Shown here: in pieces, positions 1 to 10,631 of the stretch
Position numbering within the stretch: position 1 is the first letter of the stretch
How the letters are laid out: the number at the start of each line of letters is the position of its first letter
Assembly: GCA_963816355.1 (NCBI GenBank)
Contig: CAWFKH010000005.1
Span: 288,001-352,000 of the forward strand
Source of the DNA: an uncultured Gemmatimonadales bacterium
GTDB lineage: Bacteria > Gemmatimonadota > Gemmatimonadetes > Longimicrobiales > RSA9
Direction of reading: 5' to 3'
DNA length: 64,000 bases
Translations under genes and position numbers: made by a program
The notes under the pieces: generated by a model
Seen by the model: the letters and a program-made list of their open reading frames with translations, nothing else
The model's database searches: none
What the model was told of the DNA's origin: nothing

Positions 1-1024
1 CGGCGACCCCTTCGGCGCCATCATCGGCGACTACGACTTCGGCCGCGGTCCGCAGGACATCGAGCTCCTCGAGAAGGTCTCGCAGGTCGCCGCCGCGGCG
101 CACGCGCCGTTCCTCACCGCGGCCGCGCCCGAGATGTTCAACCTCGAGGACTACACGCAGCTCGACGCGCCGCGCGACCTGGCCAAGATCTTCGAGAGCA
201 CCGAGTACGCGAAGTGGAAGGCGTTCCGCGACAGCGACGACTCGCGCTACGTCGCGCTGACGGCGCCGCGCATGCTGCTGCGCGAGCCGTACGGCCGCGA
301 CACCGTGCCGGTCGAGGCGTTCGACTACAACGAGGGCGTCGACGGCACCGACCACGGCCGCTACCTGTGGGGCAACTCCGCGTGGGCGCTCGGCGCGCGC
401 GTCACGCAGGCGTTCGGCAAGTACGGCTGGTGCGCGACGATCCGCGGCGTGGAGAGCGGCGGCCTCGTGGAGGGTCTGCCGGTCCACAACTTCCGCACCG
501 ACGAGGGCGACGTCGCGATGAAGTGCCCGACCGAGGTGCCGATCACCGACCGCCGCGAGAAGGAGATGGCGGACCTCGGCTTCGCGCCGCTGGTGCACTG
601 CAAGGGGACGCCGAACGCGGCCTTCTTCAGCGTGCAGTCCGCGCAGAAGCCGAAGGTGTACGACAACGACGCCGCGACCGCCAACGCCCGCATCTCGGCG
701 CAGCTGCCCTACATCTTCGCCGTGTCGCGCTTCGCCCACTACCTGAAGTCGATGATGCGCGACAAGATCGGCGGCTTCACCTCGCGCGTGGAGACGGAGC
801 GGTTCCTCAACAACTGGATCAACAACTACACGATCGCCAACGACGACGCCGGCTTCGAGCTGAAGGCGAAGCACCCGCTGAAGCAGGCGCGCGTCGAAGT
901 GATGGAGATCCCCGGGAAGCCGGGCGCCTACCGCGCCGTCGCCTTCCTGAGGCCGCACTTCCAGCTCGACGAGCTCAACGTCTCGCTGCGACTCGTCGCC
1001 GACCTGCCGCAGGCGGCGAAGTAG
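1..1024 (+). CDS. tssC: T6SS contractile sheath large subunit TssC/VipB (5'-truncated by window edge)
   Basis: Frame open from base 2 (GDPFGAIIGDYDF...AAAAHAPF). Typical motifs YLWGNSAW, IRGVESGGLVEGLP, KCPTEVPITDRRE, SRFAHYLK, LRPHFQLDEL. Confidence 0.97.
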   Translation, partial: GDPFGAIIGDYDFGRGPQDIELLEKVSQVAAAAHAPFLTAAAPEMFNLEDYTQLDAPRDLAKIFESTEYAKWKAFRDSDDSRYVALTAPRMLLREPYGRDTVPVEAFDYNEGVDGTDHGRYLWGNSAWALGARVTQAFGKYGWCATIRGVESGGLVEGLPVHNFRTDEGDVAMKCPTEVPITDRREKEMADLGFAPLVHCKGTPNAAFFSVQSAQKPKVYDNDAATANARISAQLPYIFAVSRFAHYLKSMMRDKIGGFTSRVETERFLNNWINNYTIANDDAGFELKAKHPLKQARVEVMEIPGKPGAYRAVAFLRPHFQLDELNVSLRLVADLPQAAK

Positions 1025-1124
1025 GCCGGTCGCGGCGCCGCGCGCCCGACCGCTCACGCTCATCGCCCGCCGCTGAACGGCGGCGGGTCAACGGCTCTGG
1101 AAGTAGCTACGAAAGGGGTGGCTG

Positions 1125-1607
1125 ATGGCAGCGGATGTGTTCATCAAGATCGACGGCATCGACGGTGAGTCCACCGACGACAAGCACAAGGGCGAGATCG
1201 AGGTGCTGAGCTGGTCGCTCGGGTCGCAGCAGACGGGCACCCAGTCGATGGGCGGCGGCGGCGGTGCCGGCAAGGTCCACTACAGCGACCTCACCTTCTC
1301 GATGTACGTCAACAAGTCGAGCCCGAAGCTGCTGCTGGCGTGCTCCACGGGGGACCACATCAAGTCCGCGGTGCTCGTGGCGCGCAAGGCGGGCGGTGAG
1401 CAGCAGGAGTACATGACGGTCACGCTCAGCGACGTGCTGGTCACCTCCTACTCCACCGGCGGCAGCGGCGGCGGCGAGCTTCCGGTCGAGAGCATCTCGC
1501 TGAACTTCGGCAAGATCGAGTTCGAGTACAAGCCGCAGAAGCCGGACGGCACGCTCGATTCCCCGGTCAAGACCGGCTGGGACCTGAAGGCGAACAAGAA
1601 GGTCTGA
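1125..1607 (+). CDS. hcp: T6SS tube protein Hcp/TssD
   Basis: IDGIDGESTDDKHKGEIEVLSWS, SSPKLLLAC, ESISLNFGKI, GWDLKANK; 160 aa directly after tssC. Confidence 0.97.
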   Translation: MAADVFIKIDGIDGESTDDKHKGEIEVLSWSLGSQQTGTQSMGGGGGAGKVHYSDLTFSMYVNKSSPKLLLACSTGDHIKSAVLVARKAGGEQQEYMTVTLSDVLVTSYSTGGSGGGELPVESISLNFGKIEFEYKPQKPDGTLDSPVKTGWDLKANKKV

Positions 1608-1626
1608 GGGGACGGACGACGCGCGC

Positions 1627-2340
1627 ATGAACGCCACCGAGCTCTACCAGGCGGGTCAGCTGGACGAGGCGATCGACGCCCTCGGCGCCGCCCTGCGCGA
1701 GAATCCCTCGGACGCGCGTCGTCGCACCTTCCTCTTCGAGCTGCTCTGCTTCGCCGGGCGCTGGGATCGCGCCGAAAAGCAGCTCGACGTCCTCGCCGCC
1801 GAGGACCACGACGCGGAGATGGGCGCCCTGCTCTACCGCGGCGCGCTGCACGCGGAGCGGCTGCGTGCCGGGATTTTCGGCGAGGGCGGCATGCTGCCTT
1901 CGACGGCGGCGGCGCCGCCGGTCGCGGGCACCGTCAACGGCACGCGCTACGAAGCGATCCGCGATGCCGATCCGCGCATCGGCGGCCGGCTGGAGCTGTT
2001 CGTCGCCGGGCAGTACACGTGGCTGCCGCTCACGCACGTCGCCGCCGTGCGCATCGAGCCGCCGAAGCGCCTGCGGGACCTGCTGTGGACGCCCGCCGTG
2101 GTGCAGCCGGCCGAGGAGTTCCGCGAGATGGAGCTCGGCGAGGTGCTCATGCCGGTGCTGACGCCGCTGGCGTGGCGGCACGCGGAGCCCGCCGTGCGTC
2201 TGGGCCGCCTCACCGACTTCGAGCCGCTCGCCGGCGGCGGTGAGGCGCCGGTCGGACAGAAGCTGCTGTTGCTGGACGACGAGGAGCTGCCGATCCTCGA
2301 ACTGCGGGAGCTGTGGGTCGAGCGAGACGAACCCGCGTGA
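1627..2340 (+). CDS. tagJ: T6SS accessory protein TagJ/ImpE (SciE family)
   Basis: N-terminal TPR-like segment (LFELLCFAGRWDRAEKQL), then DADPRIGGRLE, PKRLRDLLW, GQKLL motifs; T6SS context. Confidence 0.9.
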   Translation: MNATELYQAGQLDEAIDALGAALRENPSDARRRTFLFELLCFAGRWDRAEKQLDVLAAEDHDAEMGALLYRGALHAERLRAGIFGEGGMLPSTAAAPPVAGTVNGTRYEAIRDADPRIGGRLELFVAGQYTWLPLTHVAAVRIEPPKRLRDLLWTPAVVQPAEEFREMELGEVLMPVLTPLAWRHAEPAVRLGRLTDFEPLAGGGEAPVGQKLLLLDDEELPILELRELWVERDEPA

Positions 2341-2345
2341 CCCCG

Positions 2346-4169
2346 ATGTCCTCCACAGCGGATCTGCTGGCCCCGATCCCCGGCGACGAGCCCGCCGGCC
2401 CCTACCTGCGTTACGACCCGGTCTACGACGAGATCAAGGAAGCGCGCCGGGAGGACCCGGACCTGCCGCAGGGCGCGTGGGAGACCTCGCGCAAGACGGC
2501 CGATTGGCCGCGCGTGGTGGCCCTGGCGGAGGAGGTGCTCCGCAGGCGCTCGAAGGATGTGCAGGTCGCGGCCTGGCTGACCGAAGCGGCGCTGCACCGG
2601 GAGGGCTTCGCCGGCCTGCGCCGCGGACTCGAGCTGCTGCGGGACCTCCTCGAGGGTTTCTGGGACGGCGTACACCCCGAGATCGACGACGGCGATGCGG
2701 AGATGCGGGCGGGGCCGCTCGATTGGGTGGGCGGCAAGCTCGACGTGGCGGTGCACCTGGCGCCGATCGACGGCGAAGGCCACTCCCTCTTCGACTACCG
2801 GCAATCGCGCACCGTGCCCACGCGCGAGGAAGCGGAATCCGACAGCGGCAAGGAGGAGGCGCGCGGCCGCGCGGTCGAGGAGGGCCGCCTGACGCCGGAG
2901 GAGTTCGACGCCGGCTTCGGCGGGACGTCGAAGGCATGGTACTCGCAGCTCGTCGAGGACCTCGACGCGTCGCTCACGGCGATCGACGATCTCGACCGCA
3001 TCGGCGACGAGCGTTTCGGCGACGTGGCGCCGAGCTATCTGCCCCTGCGCGACGCGATCCGCGAGGTGCGCCAGCTCGCGGGCCAGTTGCTCGCGCGCAA
3101 GCAGGTGCTCGAGCCGGACGCCGGGGAGGATCCTTCGGACGCGGGCGATCCGGCGGCGGCGGGCGGCGCGGCCGACCCGGCCGCCGACGCTCGAAGCGGC
3201 ACCGGCCCTCGCGCCGGCGCGGCCGCCGCACCGGCCCCCTCGGCCACGCCGCGCTCGGCGGACGAGGCGGCGCGCTGGATCGCCGCCGCCGCGGCCTACC
3301 TGCGCGCCCAGGATCCCACCAGCCCGGCGCCGTACCTGATGCTGCGCGGCTTCCGCTGGGGCGAGCTGAGGGCGTCCGGTCCCGTGCTCGACCCGAGGCT
3401 GCTGGCGGCGCCGACGACCGAAGTGCGCACGCGGCTCAAGACGATGCTGCTCGACGGCCGCTGGCCGGAGCTGCTGGCGGCGTGCGAGGAGGTGATGGCG
3501 GCGCCGCAGGGGCGGGGCTGGCTCGACCTGCAGCGCTACGAGCTCACCGCGGTGGACGGCCTGGGTGCGGAGTACGAAGGCGTCGCGGACGCGCTGCGCG
3601 GGGCGCTGCACACGCTGCTGCGGGATGTGCCGACGCTCCCCGACGCGACGCTGATGGACGACTCGCCCACGGCGAACGCGGAGACGCGGGCGTGGCTGCA
3701 GGCGGAGGGGCTGCTCGACGGCGAGGCGCCGGCGCCCGCGCCGGAGCGGGCGCCGCGGCAGGAGAGCGGCGATGCGCTGCACCGTCGCGCGATGGAGCGG
3801 CTGCGCGGCGGCGAGCCGCAGAAGGCGATCGAACTGCTGATGCGCGCGGCAACGCAGGAGAAGAGCGACCGCGCCCGCTTCCTGCGCCGGTCCGAGGCCG
3901 CGGCGATCATGGTCGAGCGGGGGCTGGAGGCGATCGCCATGCCGATCCTGCAGGAGATGATGGAGCAGATCGATCGGCACCAGCTCGAGGAGTGGGAGGC
4001 GGGCGAGACGATCGCCCACCCGCTCGGCCTGCTCTTCCGCTGCATCAAGCGCCTCGACGGCGACAGCTCGCTGCGCGAGCAGCTCTACCTGCGCGTCTGC
4101 CGGCTCGACCCGCTCCAGGCGATGCAGATCACGGCGGGCGAGGCGGGTGATGAGCAGCCGTCGCAGTGA
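2346..4169 (+). CDS. tssA: T6SS protein TssA (ImpA_N domain)
   Basis: LLAPIPGDEPAGPYLRYDPVYDEIKEARRED, SKDVQVAAWL, PTSPAPYLMLRGFRWGE, WLDLQRY. The start could instead be GTG 2337, overlapping the tagJ stop. Confidence 0.92.
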   Translation: MSSTADLLAPIPGDEPAGPYLRYDPVYDEIKEARREDPDLPQGAWETSRKTADWPRVVALAEEVLRRRSKDVQVAAWLTEAALHREGFAGLRRGLELLRDLLEGFWDGVHPEIDDGDAEMRAGPLDWVGGKLDVAVHLAPIDGEGHSLFDYRQSRTVPTREEAESDSGKEEARGRAVEEGRLTPEEFDAGFGGTSKAWYSQLVEDLDASLTAIDDLDRIGDERFGDVAPSYLPLRDAIREVRQLAGQLLARKQVLEPDAGEDPSDAGDPAAAGGAADPAADARSGTGPRAGAAAAPAPSATPRSADEAARWIAAAAAYLRAQDPTSPAPYLMLRGFRWGELRASGPVLDPRLLAAPTTEVRTRLKTMLLDGRWPELLAACEEVMAAPQGRGWLDLQRYELTAVDGLGAEYEGVADALRGALHTLLRDVPTLPDATLMDDSPTANAETRAWLQAEGLLDGEAPAPAPERAPRQESGDALHRRAMERLRGGEPQKAIELLMRAATQEKSDRARFLRRSEAAAIMVERGLEAIAMPILQEMMEQIDRHQLEEWEAGETIAHPLGLLFRCIKRLDGDSSLREQLYLRVCRLDPLQAMQITAGEAGDEQPSQ

Positions 4170-4644
4170 GCCGCCACCGCTGCGGCCGTCGGTCCTCGAC
4201 CGCCTGATCGACGACGCGCCGGGCGTCGGCGATGCCACGCCCGATCGCGCCGAATCGCTGCGGGCCCACAAGCGGGCGCTGCTGCGCGACCTCGACTGGC
4301 TGCTCAACACGCGCCAGATCGCGGAGCCCGCCGACGACATGTTTCCCGAAGTGCAGCGCTCGCTCTACCACTACGGGCTGCCGGACATCACGTCGCTGAG
4401 CGGCGATTCGAAGACCGTCCGCCGCCGGCTCCTGCGCAACGTCGAAGAGTGCATCCGCCTCTTCGAGCCGCGCCTCACCGGCGTGCGCGTCTCCTTCGCG
4501 GAGGCCGCCGCCGACGCTCGCGGCGTCCACTTCGTCATCGAGGGGATGCTGCAGATGGAGCCGGAGCCGCAGCGCATCGCGTTCGACACGGTGCTCGAGA
4601 CGGCGAGCGGGGAGTTCCACGTGGGCGACGACGCGCATGCGTGA
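4150..4644 (+). CDS. tssE: T6SS baseplate subunit TssE (gp25-like)
   Basis: PSVLDRLID, RDLDWLLNTR, YGLPD, IRLFEPRL. Confidence 0.95.
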   Translation: MSSRRSEPPPLRPSVLDRLIDDAPGVGDATPDRAESLRAHKRALLRDLDWLLNTRQIAEPADDMFPEVQRSLYHYGLPDITSLSGDSKTVRRRLLRNVEECIRLFEPRLTGVRVSFAEAAADARGVHFVIEGMLQMEPEPQRIAFDTVLETASGEFHVGDDAHA

Positions 4645-6478
4645 CGACCTCCTCCACTACTACGAGCGCGAGCTCGTCTACCTCCGCCGCACGGGCGCGG
4701 AGTTCGCGAAGCGCTACCCGAAGGTGGCGTCGCGGCTCCAGCTCGAAGCGACAAAGTGCGACGACCCTCACGTGGAGCGACTGCTCGAGGGCTTCGCCTT
4801 CCTCGCGGCGCGCATCCATCTGCGCATTGAGGACGACGCGCCGGAGCTCGGCGAGGCGCTCCTCGGACTGCTCTATCCGGACTACGTGCGGCCGGTGCCT
4901 TCGCTCTCGCTGATCCAGATCGAGCTCGACCCGGAGCAGGGCAAGCTCACGACCGGCCTGCGCATCCCGCGCGGAACGGCGCTTCACTCGCGGCCGGTGG
5001 GCGGGGCGCCGTGCCGGTTCCGGACCTGCTACGACACCACGTTGTGGCCGTTCGACGTGGTCGACGCGGCGTGGGTCGCGCCGCACGAGCTGCGCCCGCC
5101 GGTCCGCGACGCCGACGCGGTGGCGGCGCTGCGCGTCGAGCTGCGCTGCCTGCCCGACGTCACCTTCGACGCCATCGAGATCGACACGCTCCGCCTCCAC
5201 CTCGCCGCCGAGGGCCGTCTCGCCGGCGCGCTCTACGAGCTGCTGCTGAACAGTTGCGTCGGCGTGCTCGTGCGCGAGACCGGCGCGGGCGCGAAGCGCG
5301 AGCCGATCACGCTGCCCGCCTCGGCGCTGCGGCCGGTCGGCTTCGAGCCGGACGAGAGCCTCCTCCCGCCGCCACGCCGCAGCTTCGTCGGCTACCGCCT
5401 GCTGCAGGAGTACTTCGCGTTCCCACAGAAATTCGACTTCGTCGACCTGACCGGACTCGAGCGCCTGCGCGGCTCCGGCTTCGGCGGGAGCGTCGAGCTC
5501 GTCTTCCTGATCCGCTCCTTCGAGCAGGCGGACCGCCGCTCGATGCTGGAGGCGGGCGTCTCCGCGGAGACGATACGGCTGGGCTGCACGCCGGTCGTGA
5601 ACCTCTTCCCGCGCACCTCCGAGCCGATCCTGCTCGACCAGCGGCAGCGCGAGTACGTGGTGGTGCCGGACGCCCGCCGACGCGAGTCGACCGAGGTGTT
5701 CGGCGTCGAGGAGGTCGTCGCGGTGACGCCCGGATCCGCGGAGCCGCTCCACTTCGAGCCGCTCTACTCGTTCCGCCACGGCGAGCGCAGGGATGCACCG
5801 CGGCCGTACTACTTCACGCGACGGCGCCCGCGACACTGGCGCCCCGACGATGGGACGGACCTCCACCTTTCCTTCGTCGACGCGTCCGGCCGCACGGTCT
5901 ATCCGAACCACGACGCCGTCACCGTCCGCCTGCTCTGCCACAACGGCGACCTGCCGGCGCGCCTGCCGTTCGGCGACCCGTCCGGCGACTTCGAGATGGC
6001 GGGCGGCGGCCCGATCCGCAGAGTCGTCGCGCTCGTGAAGCCGACGAGCGTGGTCCATCCGCCGATCGGCAAGCCGCTCCTGTGGCGCCTCGTATCGCTC
6101 CTCTCGCTCAACTACGTCTCGCTCGTCGAGGCGGGCGCCCAGTCGCTGCGCGAGCTGCTCCACCTCCACAACGCCGGCGACAGCGCTGCGGGCGACCGCC
6201 AGATCGCCGGCCTCGTCGACGTCAGCACCGGCCCCTGCTACTCGCGCATCGACAGCGATCAGGGCCTCACCTTCGCCCGCGGCCACCGCGTCGAGATCGA
6301 GTTCGACGAGGAGGAGTTCGCGGGCGGCGGCATCTACCTCATGGCGAGCGTGCTCGAGCGCTTCCTCGCGCTCTACACCTCCCTCAACAGCTTCTCGATC
6401 CTGGCCGTGCGCTCACGCCAGCGGAAGCGGCTCGTCCGCGAATGGCCGCCCCGCGCCGGCTGGAAGACACTGCTGTGA
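4637..6478 (+). CDS. tssF: T6SS baseplate subunit TssF
   Basis: LLHYYERELVYLR, DPHVERLLEGFAFLAAR, GYRLLQEYFAFPQKF, LGCTPVVNLF, WRLVSLLSLNY. Confidence 0.97.
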   Translation: MRDDLLHYYERELVYLRRTGAEFAKRYPKVASRLQLEATKCDDPHVERLLEGFAFLAARIHLRIEDDAPELGEALLGLLYPDYVRPVPSLSLIQIELDPEQGKLTTGLRIPRGTALHSRPVGGAPCRFRTCYDTTLWPFDVVDAAWVAPHELRPPVRDADAVAALRVELRCLPDVTFDAIEIDTLRLHLAAEGRLAGALYELLLNSCVGVLVRETGAGAKREPITLPASALRPVGFEPDESLLPPPRRSFVGYRLLQEYFAFPQKFDFVDLTGLERLRGSGFGGSVELVFLIRSFEQADRRSMLEAGVSAETIRLGCTPVVNLFPRTSEPILLDQRQREYVVVPDARRRESTEVFGVEEVVAVTPGSAEPLHFEPLYSFRHGERRDAPRPYYFTRRRPRHWRPDDGTDLHLSFVDASGRTVYPNHDAVTVRLLCHNGDLPARLPFGDPSGDFEMAGGGPIRRVVALVKPTSVVHPPIGKPLLWRLVSLLSLNYVSLVEAGAQSLRELLHLHNAGDSAAGDRQIAGLVDVSTGPCYSRIDSDQGLTFARGHRVEIEFDEEEFAGGGIYLMASVLERFLALYTSLNSFSILAVRSRQRKRLVREWPPRAGWKTLL

Positions 6479-7608
6479 GCGACGGCGACCTCGAGCTCGT
6501 GCCGCGTCCGGGAGCGGACGACGACGACCGCACGGGCGGCGGCGAGGCGCCGGCCGCCGCCGACGCGACGGCCGGCGCCTCGCCGGACGCCGCGGCGGTC
6601 GCGCCGGAGCGTCTGCCCGGCCTGCCCGAGATCCTCGCGGAGCAGCCGCAGACGTTCGGCTTCTTTCAGGCCGTCTCGCTGCTCGAGCGCATGCGGCCGG
6701 AGCGGAAGCCGGTAGGCATCTTCGCCGATCCGCTCGACGAGGCGGTCCATTTCTCCGTGCCCGCGGACCTCGCCTTCCCCGCCAGCGAGATCGGCGCGCT
6801 GGACGCGGGGGAGGGGGACGAGCCCGCCCGCATGCGCGTCAACTTCATGGGCCTGATCGGCCCGCTGGGCGTGCTGCCGTACGACTACACGCGGCTCGTC
6901 GCTTCGCGGCTCCGCGAGGGCGACACCGCACCCGCCGATTTCCTGAACATCTTCCAGCACCGCGCGATCTCGCTCTTCTACCGGGCGTGGCGCAAGCACC
7001 GTTTCGAGGTGGCGCGCGAGGCGGGCGAAGAGGATCGGCTCGCGGAGCACCTCGCCGACGTCGTCGGTCTCGGGCTCGGCGCGCAGACGGACCGCCTGCC
7101 GTTCCCCGACACCGCGCTCTTCTCGCGGGCCGGTCTGCTCGCGCCGATGCCGCGGGGCGCCGCGGCGCTGCAGCAGCTGATCGAGGACTACTTCGAGGTG
7201 CCGGTCGAGATCGAGCAGTTCGTCGGCGGCTGGTACCGCCTGTCGTCGCACGACCGCTGCGCGGTCGGGGAGGAGGACGACCCGGCGAACCGGCTGGGGC
7301 GCGGCGCGGTGGCGGGCGACGAGATCTGGGATCCGCAGGGCCGCGTCCGCATCCGGCTCGGCCCGCTGGATCGCGCGCAGTTCGACGCGTTCCTGCCGAC
7401 CGGCGACGCGCACGAGGCGCTGCGTGCGCTCGCGCGCTTCTTCGCCCACGACCAGTACGACTTCGAGCTGCAGCTCGTGCTCTCGAAGGAGGAGGTGCCC
7501 GGCTTCGTCGTCGGCGACGACGCGGCCGAGCAGCCGCTCGGCTGGGGCACGTGGATCCGCACGGCGCGCTTCGACCGCGACGCCGACGAAACGACGCTCA
7601 CCCTGTAG
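6475..7608 (+). CDS. tssG: T6SS baseplate subunit TssG
   Basis: GTG start overlapping the tssF TGA; FGFFQAVSLLE, LAFPASEI, NFMGLIGPLGVLP, DFLNIFQHRAISLFYRAW, LGWGTW. Confidence 0.95.
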   Translation: MSDGDLELVPRPGADDDDRTGGGEAPAAADATAGASPDAAAVAPERLPGLPEILAEQPQTFGFFQAVSLLERMRPERKPVGIFADPLDEAVHFSVPADLAFPASEIGALDAGEGDEPARMRVNFMGLIGPLGVLPYDYTRLVASRLREGDTAPADFLNIFQHRAISLFYRAWRKHRFEVAREAGEEDRLAEHLADVVGLGLGAQTDRLPFPDTALFSRAGLLAPMPRGAAALQQLIEDYFEVPVEIEQFVGGWYRLSSHDRCAVGEEDDPANRLGRGAVAGDEIWDPQGRVRIRLGPLDRAQFDAFLPTGDAHEALRALARFFAHDQYDFELQLVLSKEEVPGFVVGDDAAEQPLGWGTWIRTARFDRDADETTLTL

Positions 7609-7623
7609 ACGGAAGTCGGAGCC

Positions 7624-10440
7624 ATGAACGTCAACCTCCGCTCGCTCATCGGGAAGCTGGACGACGAGATGCGCAGCGCGCTCGACGCCGCCGCGGGACT
7701 CTGTCTCTCCCGCACGCACTACGACGTCGAGGTCGAGCACTTCCTCATGAAGCTGCTCGACGTGACCGACAGCGACTTCGCCTACATCCTCCGCCACTTC
7801 GGCGTGGACCGCTCGCGCCTCGCGCGCGACCTCACGAAGAGCCTCGATAGCCTGAAGTCCGGCAACGCGCGCACGCCGTCGCTCAGCCCGACGCTCGTCC
7901 GCATGCTCACGGCGGGATGGACGATCGGGTCCGTCGACTACGGCGCCTCCCGCATCCGCAGCGGCCACGCCATCATCGCGCTCGTCACGGACGACGACCT
8001 CGCCCGCCTCGTCCGCGGCGTCACGAAGGAGCTCGAGAAGGTCTCGCCCGAAGAGCTGCGCAAGGAGTTCGGCGCGATCACCGGCGCCTCCGCGGAGGAG
8101 AGCGCCGCCGCCTACGCCGACGACGCGGGCGCCGACGGCAGCGAACCGGGCGCGCCGCAGCGGCCGGGCGGCAAGACGCCCAACCTCGACCAGTACACGG
8201 TCGACCTGACGGCGCGCGCGCGCGAGGGTCGCCTCGACCCGGTGCTCGGCCGCGACTTCGAGGTCCGCCAGGTGGTCGACATCCTGACCCGCCGCCGCCA
8301 GAACAACCCGATCCTGGTGGGCGAGGCGGGCGTGGGGAAGACGGCCGTCGTGGAAGGCTTCGCGATGCGGATCGCGCAGGGCGACGTGCCGCCGTCGCTG
8401 CGCAACGTCGCCTTGCGCACGCTCGACCTCGCGCTGCTGCAGGCGGGCGCGGGCGTCAAGGGCGAGTTCGAGAACCGGCTGAAGGGGCTGATCGAGGAGG
8501 TGCGCTCTTCCGCCGCGCCGATCATCCTCTTCATCGACGAAGCGCACACGATGATCGGCGCCGGTGGCCAGGCGGGCCAGAACGACGCTGCCAACCTGCT
8601 GAAGCCGGCGCTCGCGCGCGGCGAGCTGCGCACCGTCGCGGCGACGACCTGGTCCGAGTACAAGAAGTACTTCGAGAAGGACCCCGCCCTCGCGCGACGC
8701 TTCCAGGTCGTGAAGGTCGAGGAGCCGGTCGAGGAGCAGTGCATGGTGATGATGCGCGGCATCGTGCCCTCGCTCGAGCACCACCACAACGTGCGCATTC
8801 TCGACGCGGGCGTGAACGCCGCCGTCCGCCTCTCGCACCGCTACCTGCCCGATCGCCAGCTTCCCGACAAGGCGGTCAGCGTGCTCGACACGGCCTGCGC
8901 GCGGCTCGCGCTCGGCCAGAACGCGACGCCCGCCGCCATCGAGGATGCCACGCGGCGGCTCGACGACCTCGTCGTGCAGGCGCGCGTCCTCGAGCGGGAG
9001 GTCGCCGTCGGCGCCGACCATTCCGAGCGCCTCGGCGAGATCGCCGACGCGCGCGCCGAGACCGAGGCCCGCCTCGCCGCGCTGATGGAACGGTGGGGGA
9101 GCGAGCGCGAGCTCGTCGCACGCGTGCGTGCGATCCGGGGCCGCCTCGAACAGCTCGCGACCGGCGAGAAGCCGGTCGACGACGCGAAGGCGGAGACCGG
9201 CGCGGACGCCGCGGAGGCTGGAGCCGCCGGCGAAGCCGACGACGACGACGCGGCCGGCGACGACCCGAACGCGGACGTCCGCACGATGGATGCGGACGCG
9301 CTGCGCGTCGAGCTGTCGCGTCTGAACGACGAGCTGGAGGCGCTGCAGGGCGAGGCGCCGCTCATCCCCGTGACGGTCGACGCGGAGCTGGTGGGGCAGG
9401 TGATCTCCGGCTGGACCGGCGTGCCCGTGGGCAAGATGCTGCGCGACGACGTGAGCATGGCGCTCGAGCTCGAGCAGCACCTGGGCCGCCGCATCATCGG
9501 GCAGGACCACGCGCTCGAGATCATCAGCCACCGGATCCGCACGTCGAAGGCGGGGATCGAGGATCCGCAGAAGCCGGTTGGCGTCTTCCTGCTCGTGGGA
9601 CCGAGCGGCGTGGGGAAGACGGAGACCGCGCTGGCGCTCTCGGACCTGCTCTACGGCGGGGAGCATAACCTGATCACCATCAACATGTCCGAGTTCCAGG
9701 AGGCGCACACCGTCTCGACGCTGAAGGGCTCGCCGCCCGGCTACGTGGGATACGGCGAGGGCGGCGTGCTGACGGAGGCGGTGCGGCGGCGGCCGTACTC
9801 GGTGGTGCTGCTGGACGAGATCGAGAAGGCGCACCCGGACGTGCTGGAGCTGTTCTTCCAGGTGTTCGACAAGGGCAGGATGGAGGACGGCGAGGGGAGG
9901 CAGATCGACTTCAAGAACTGCATCATCCTGCTCACGACGAACGCGGGCACCGACACGATCATGAAGCTGTGCGCGGACCCGGAGACGATGCCCGGCCATG
10001 ACGGGCTGGTGAAGGCGCTCAAGCCGGAACTCGACAAGACGTTCAAGCCGGCGTTCCTCGGGCGCACCGTCATCATCCCCTACTTCCCGGTGCGCGACGA
10101 GGCGCTGCGCACGATCATCCGGCTCAAGCTGGGCAAGATCGAGCGGCGCCTGCTGGAGACGCACCGCGTCACGTTCGCCGTGGACGAGCCGGTGATCGAC
10201 GCCATCGCCGCCCGCTGCACCGAGGTCGAGAGCGGCGCCCGCAACGTCGACAACATCCTGACGAACACGATGCTGCCGGCGATCTCGCGGCAGCTGCTCC
10301 GCTCGATCGTCGACGGCGTGCGGCCGGGCGAGATCCGCGTGGGGGTGGGCGGGGCGGGCGAGTTCGTCTACTCGAGCGGAGACGGCGGCGGCGCGGACGT
10401 GACGCCGGACGAAGCGCAGTCGGCGCCGCTGCCGGCGTGA
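7624..10440 (+). CDS. clpV: T6SS AAA+ ATPase TssH/ClpV
   Basis: Two Walker A motifs (GEAGVGKT, GPSGVGKT); ClpV-type N-terminus (AAGLCLSRTHYDVEVEHFL); C-terminal ESGARNVD. Confidence 0.97.
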   Translation: MNVNLRSLIGKLDDEMRSALDAAAGLCLSRTHYDVEVEHFLMKLLDVTDSDFAYILRHFGVDRSRLARDLTKSLDSLKSGNARTPSLSPTLVRMLTAGWTIGSVDYGASRIRSGHAIIALVTDDDLARLVRGVTKELEKVSPEELRKEFGAITGASAEESAAAYADDAGADGSEPGAPQRPGGKTPNLDQYTVDLTARAREGRLDPVLGRDFEVRQVVDILTRRRQNNPILVGEAGVGKTAVVEGFAMRIAQGDVPPSLRNVALRTLDLALLQAGAGVKGEFENRLKGLIEEVRSSAAPIILFIDEAHTMIGAGGQAGQNDAANLLKPALARGELRTVAATTWSEYKKYFEKDPALARRFQVVKVEEPVEEQCMVMMRGIVPSLEHHHNVRILDAGVNAAVRLSHRYLPDRQLPDKAVSVLDTACARLALGQNATPAAIEDATRRLDDLVVQARVLEREVAVGADHSERLGEIADARAETEARLAALMERWGSERELVARVRAIRGRLEQLATGEKPVDDAKAETGADAAEAGAAGEADDDDAAGDDPNADVRTMDADALRVELSRLNDELEALQGEAPLIPVTVDAELVGQVISGWTGVPVGKMLRDDVSMALELEQHLGRRIIGQDHALEIISHRIRTSKAGIEDPQKPVGVFLLVGPSGVGKTETALALSDLLYGGEHNLITINMSEFQEAHTVSTLKGSPPGYVGYGEGGVLTEAVRRRPYSVVLLDEIEKAHPDVLELFFQVFDKGRMEDGEGRQIDFKNCIILLTTNAGTDTIMKLCADPETMPGHDGLVKALKPELDKTFKPAFLGRTVIIPYFPVRDEALRTIIRLKLGKIERRLLETHRVTFAVDEPVIDAIAARCTEVESGARNVDNILTNTMLPAISRQLLRSIVDGVRPGEIRVGVGGAGEFVYSSGDGGGADVTPDEAQSAPLPA

Positions 10441-10631
10441 GGGTGAGACGGGAGGCGAGAGCGCTCGTCTCCCGCCCCGTCCGCGGCGCGTGGGCCTGGC
10501 GATGGCGGTGCGGCCGCCGGTCGCTCGTAGCCTCCGTCGTCGCTTGACGGGCCTCCGCGCCAGTCCCATCGTCTTCCGATCGCGCAGGACGCCTTTCGGA
10601 TCACCTTTCCCTCAAGCTGTCGACCGCGAAG

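Noticed and set aside
10449..10474. Hairpin after clpV (and at 1066-1087 before hcp) as intrinsic terminators
   Set aside because: GC-rich stems without a U-tract; such stems arise easily by chance at this GC content.
6373..10569. 1398-aa antisense ORF, and other very long Arg/Ala/Pro-rich ORFs such as 37665-42083 and 4535-6286
   Set aside because: Shadow frames expected at very high GC; they overlap well-supported genes and have no recognisable motifs.
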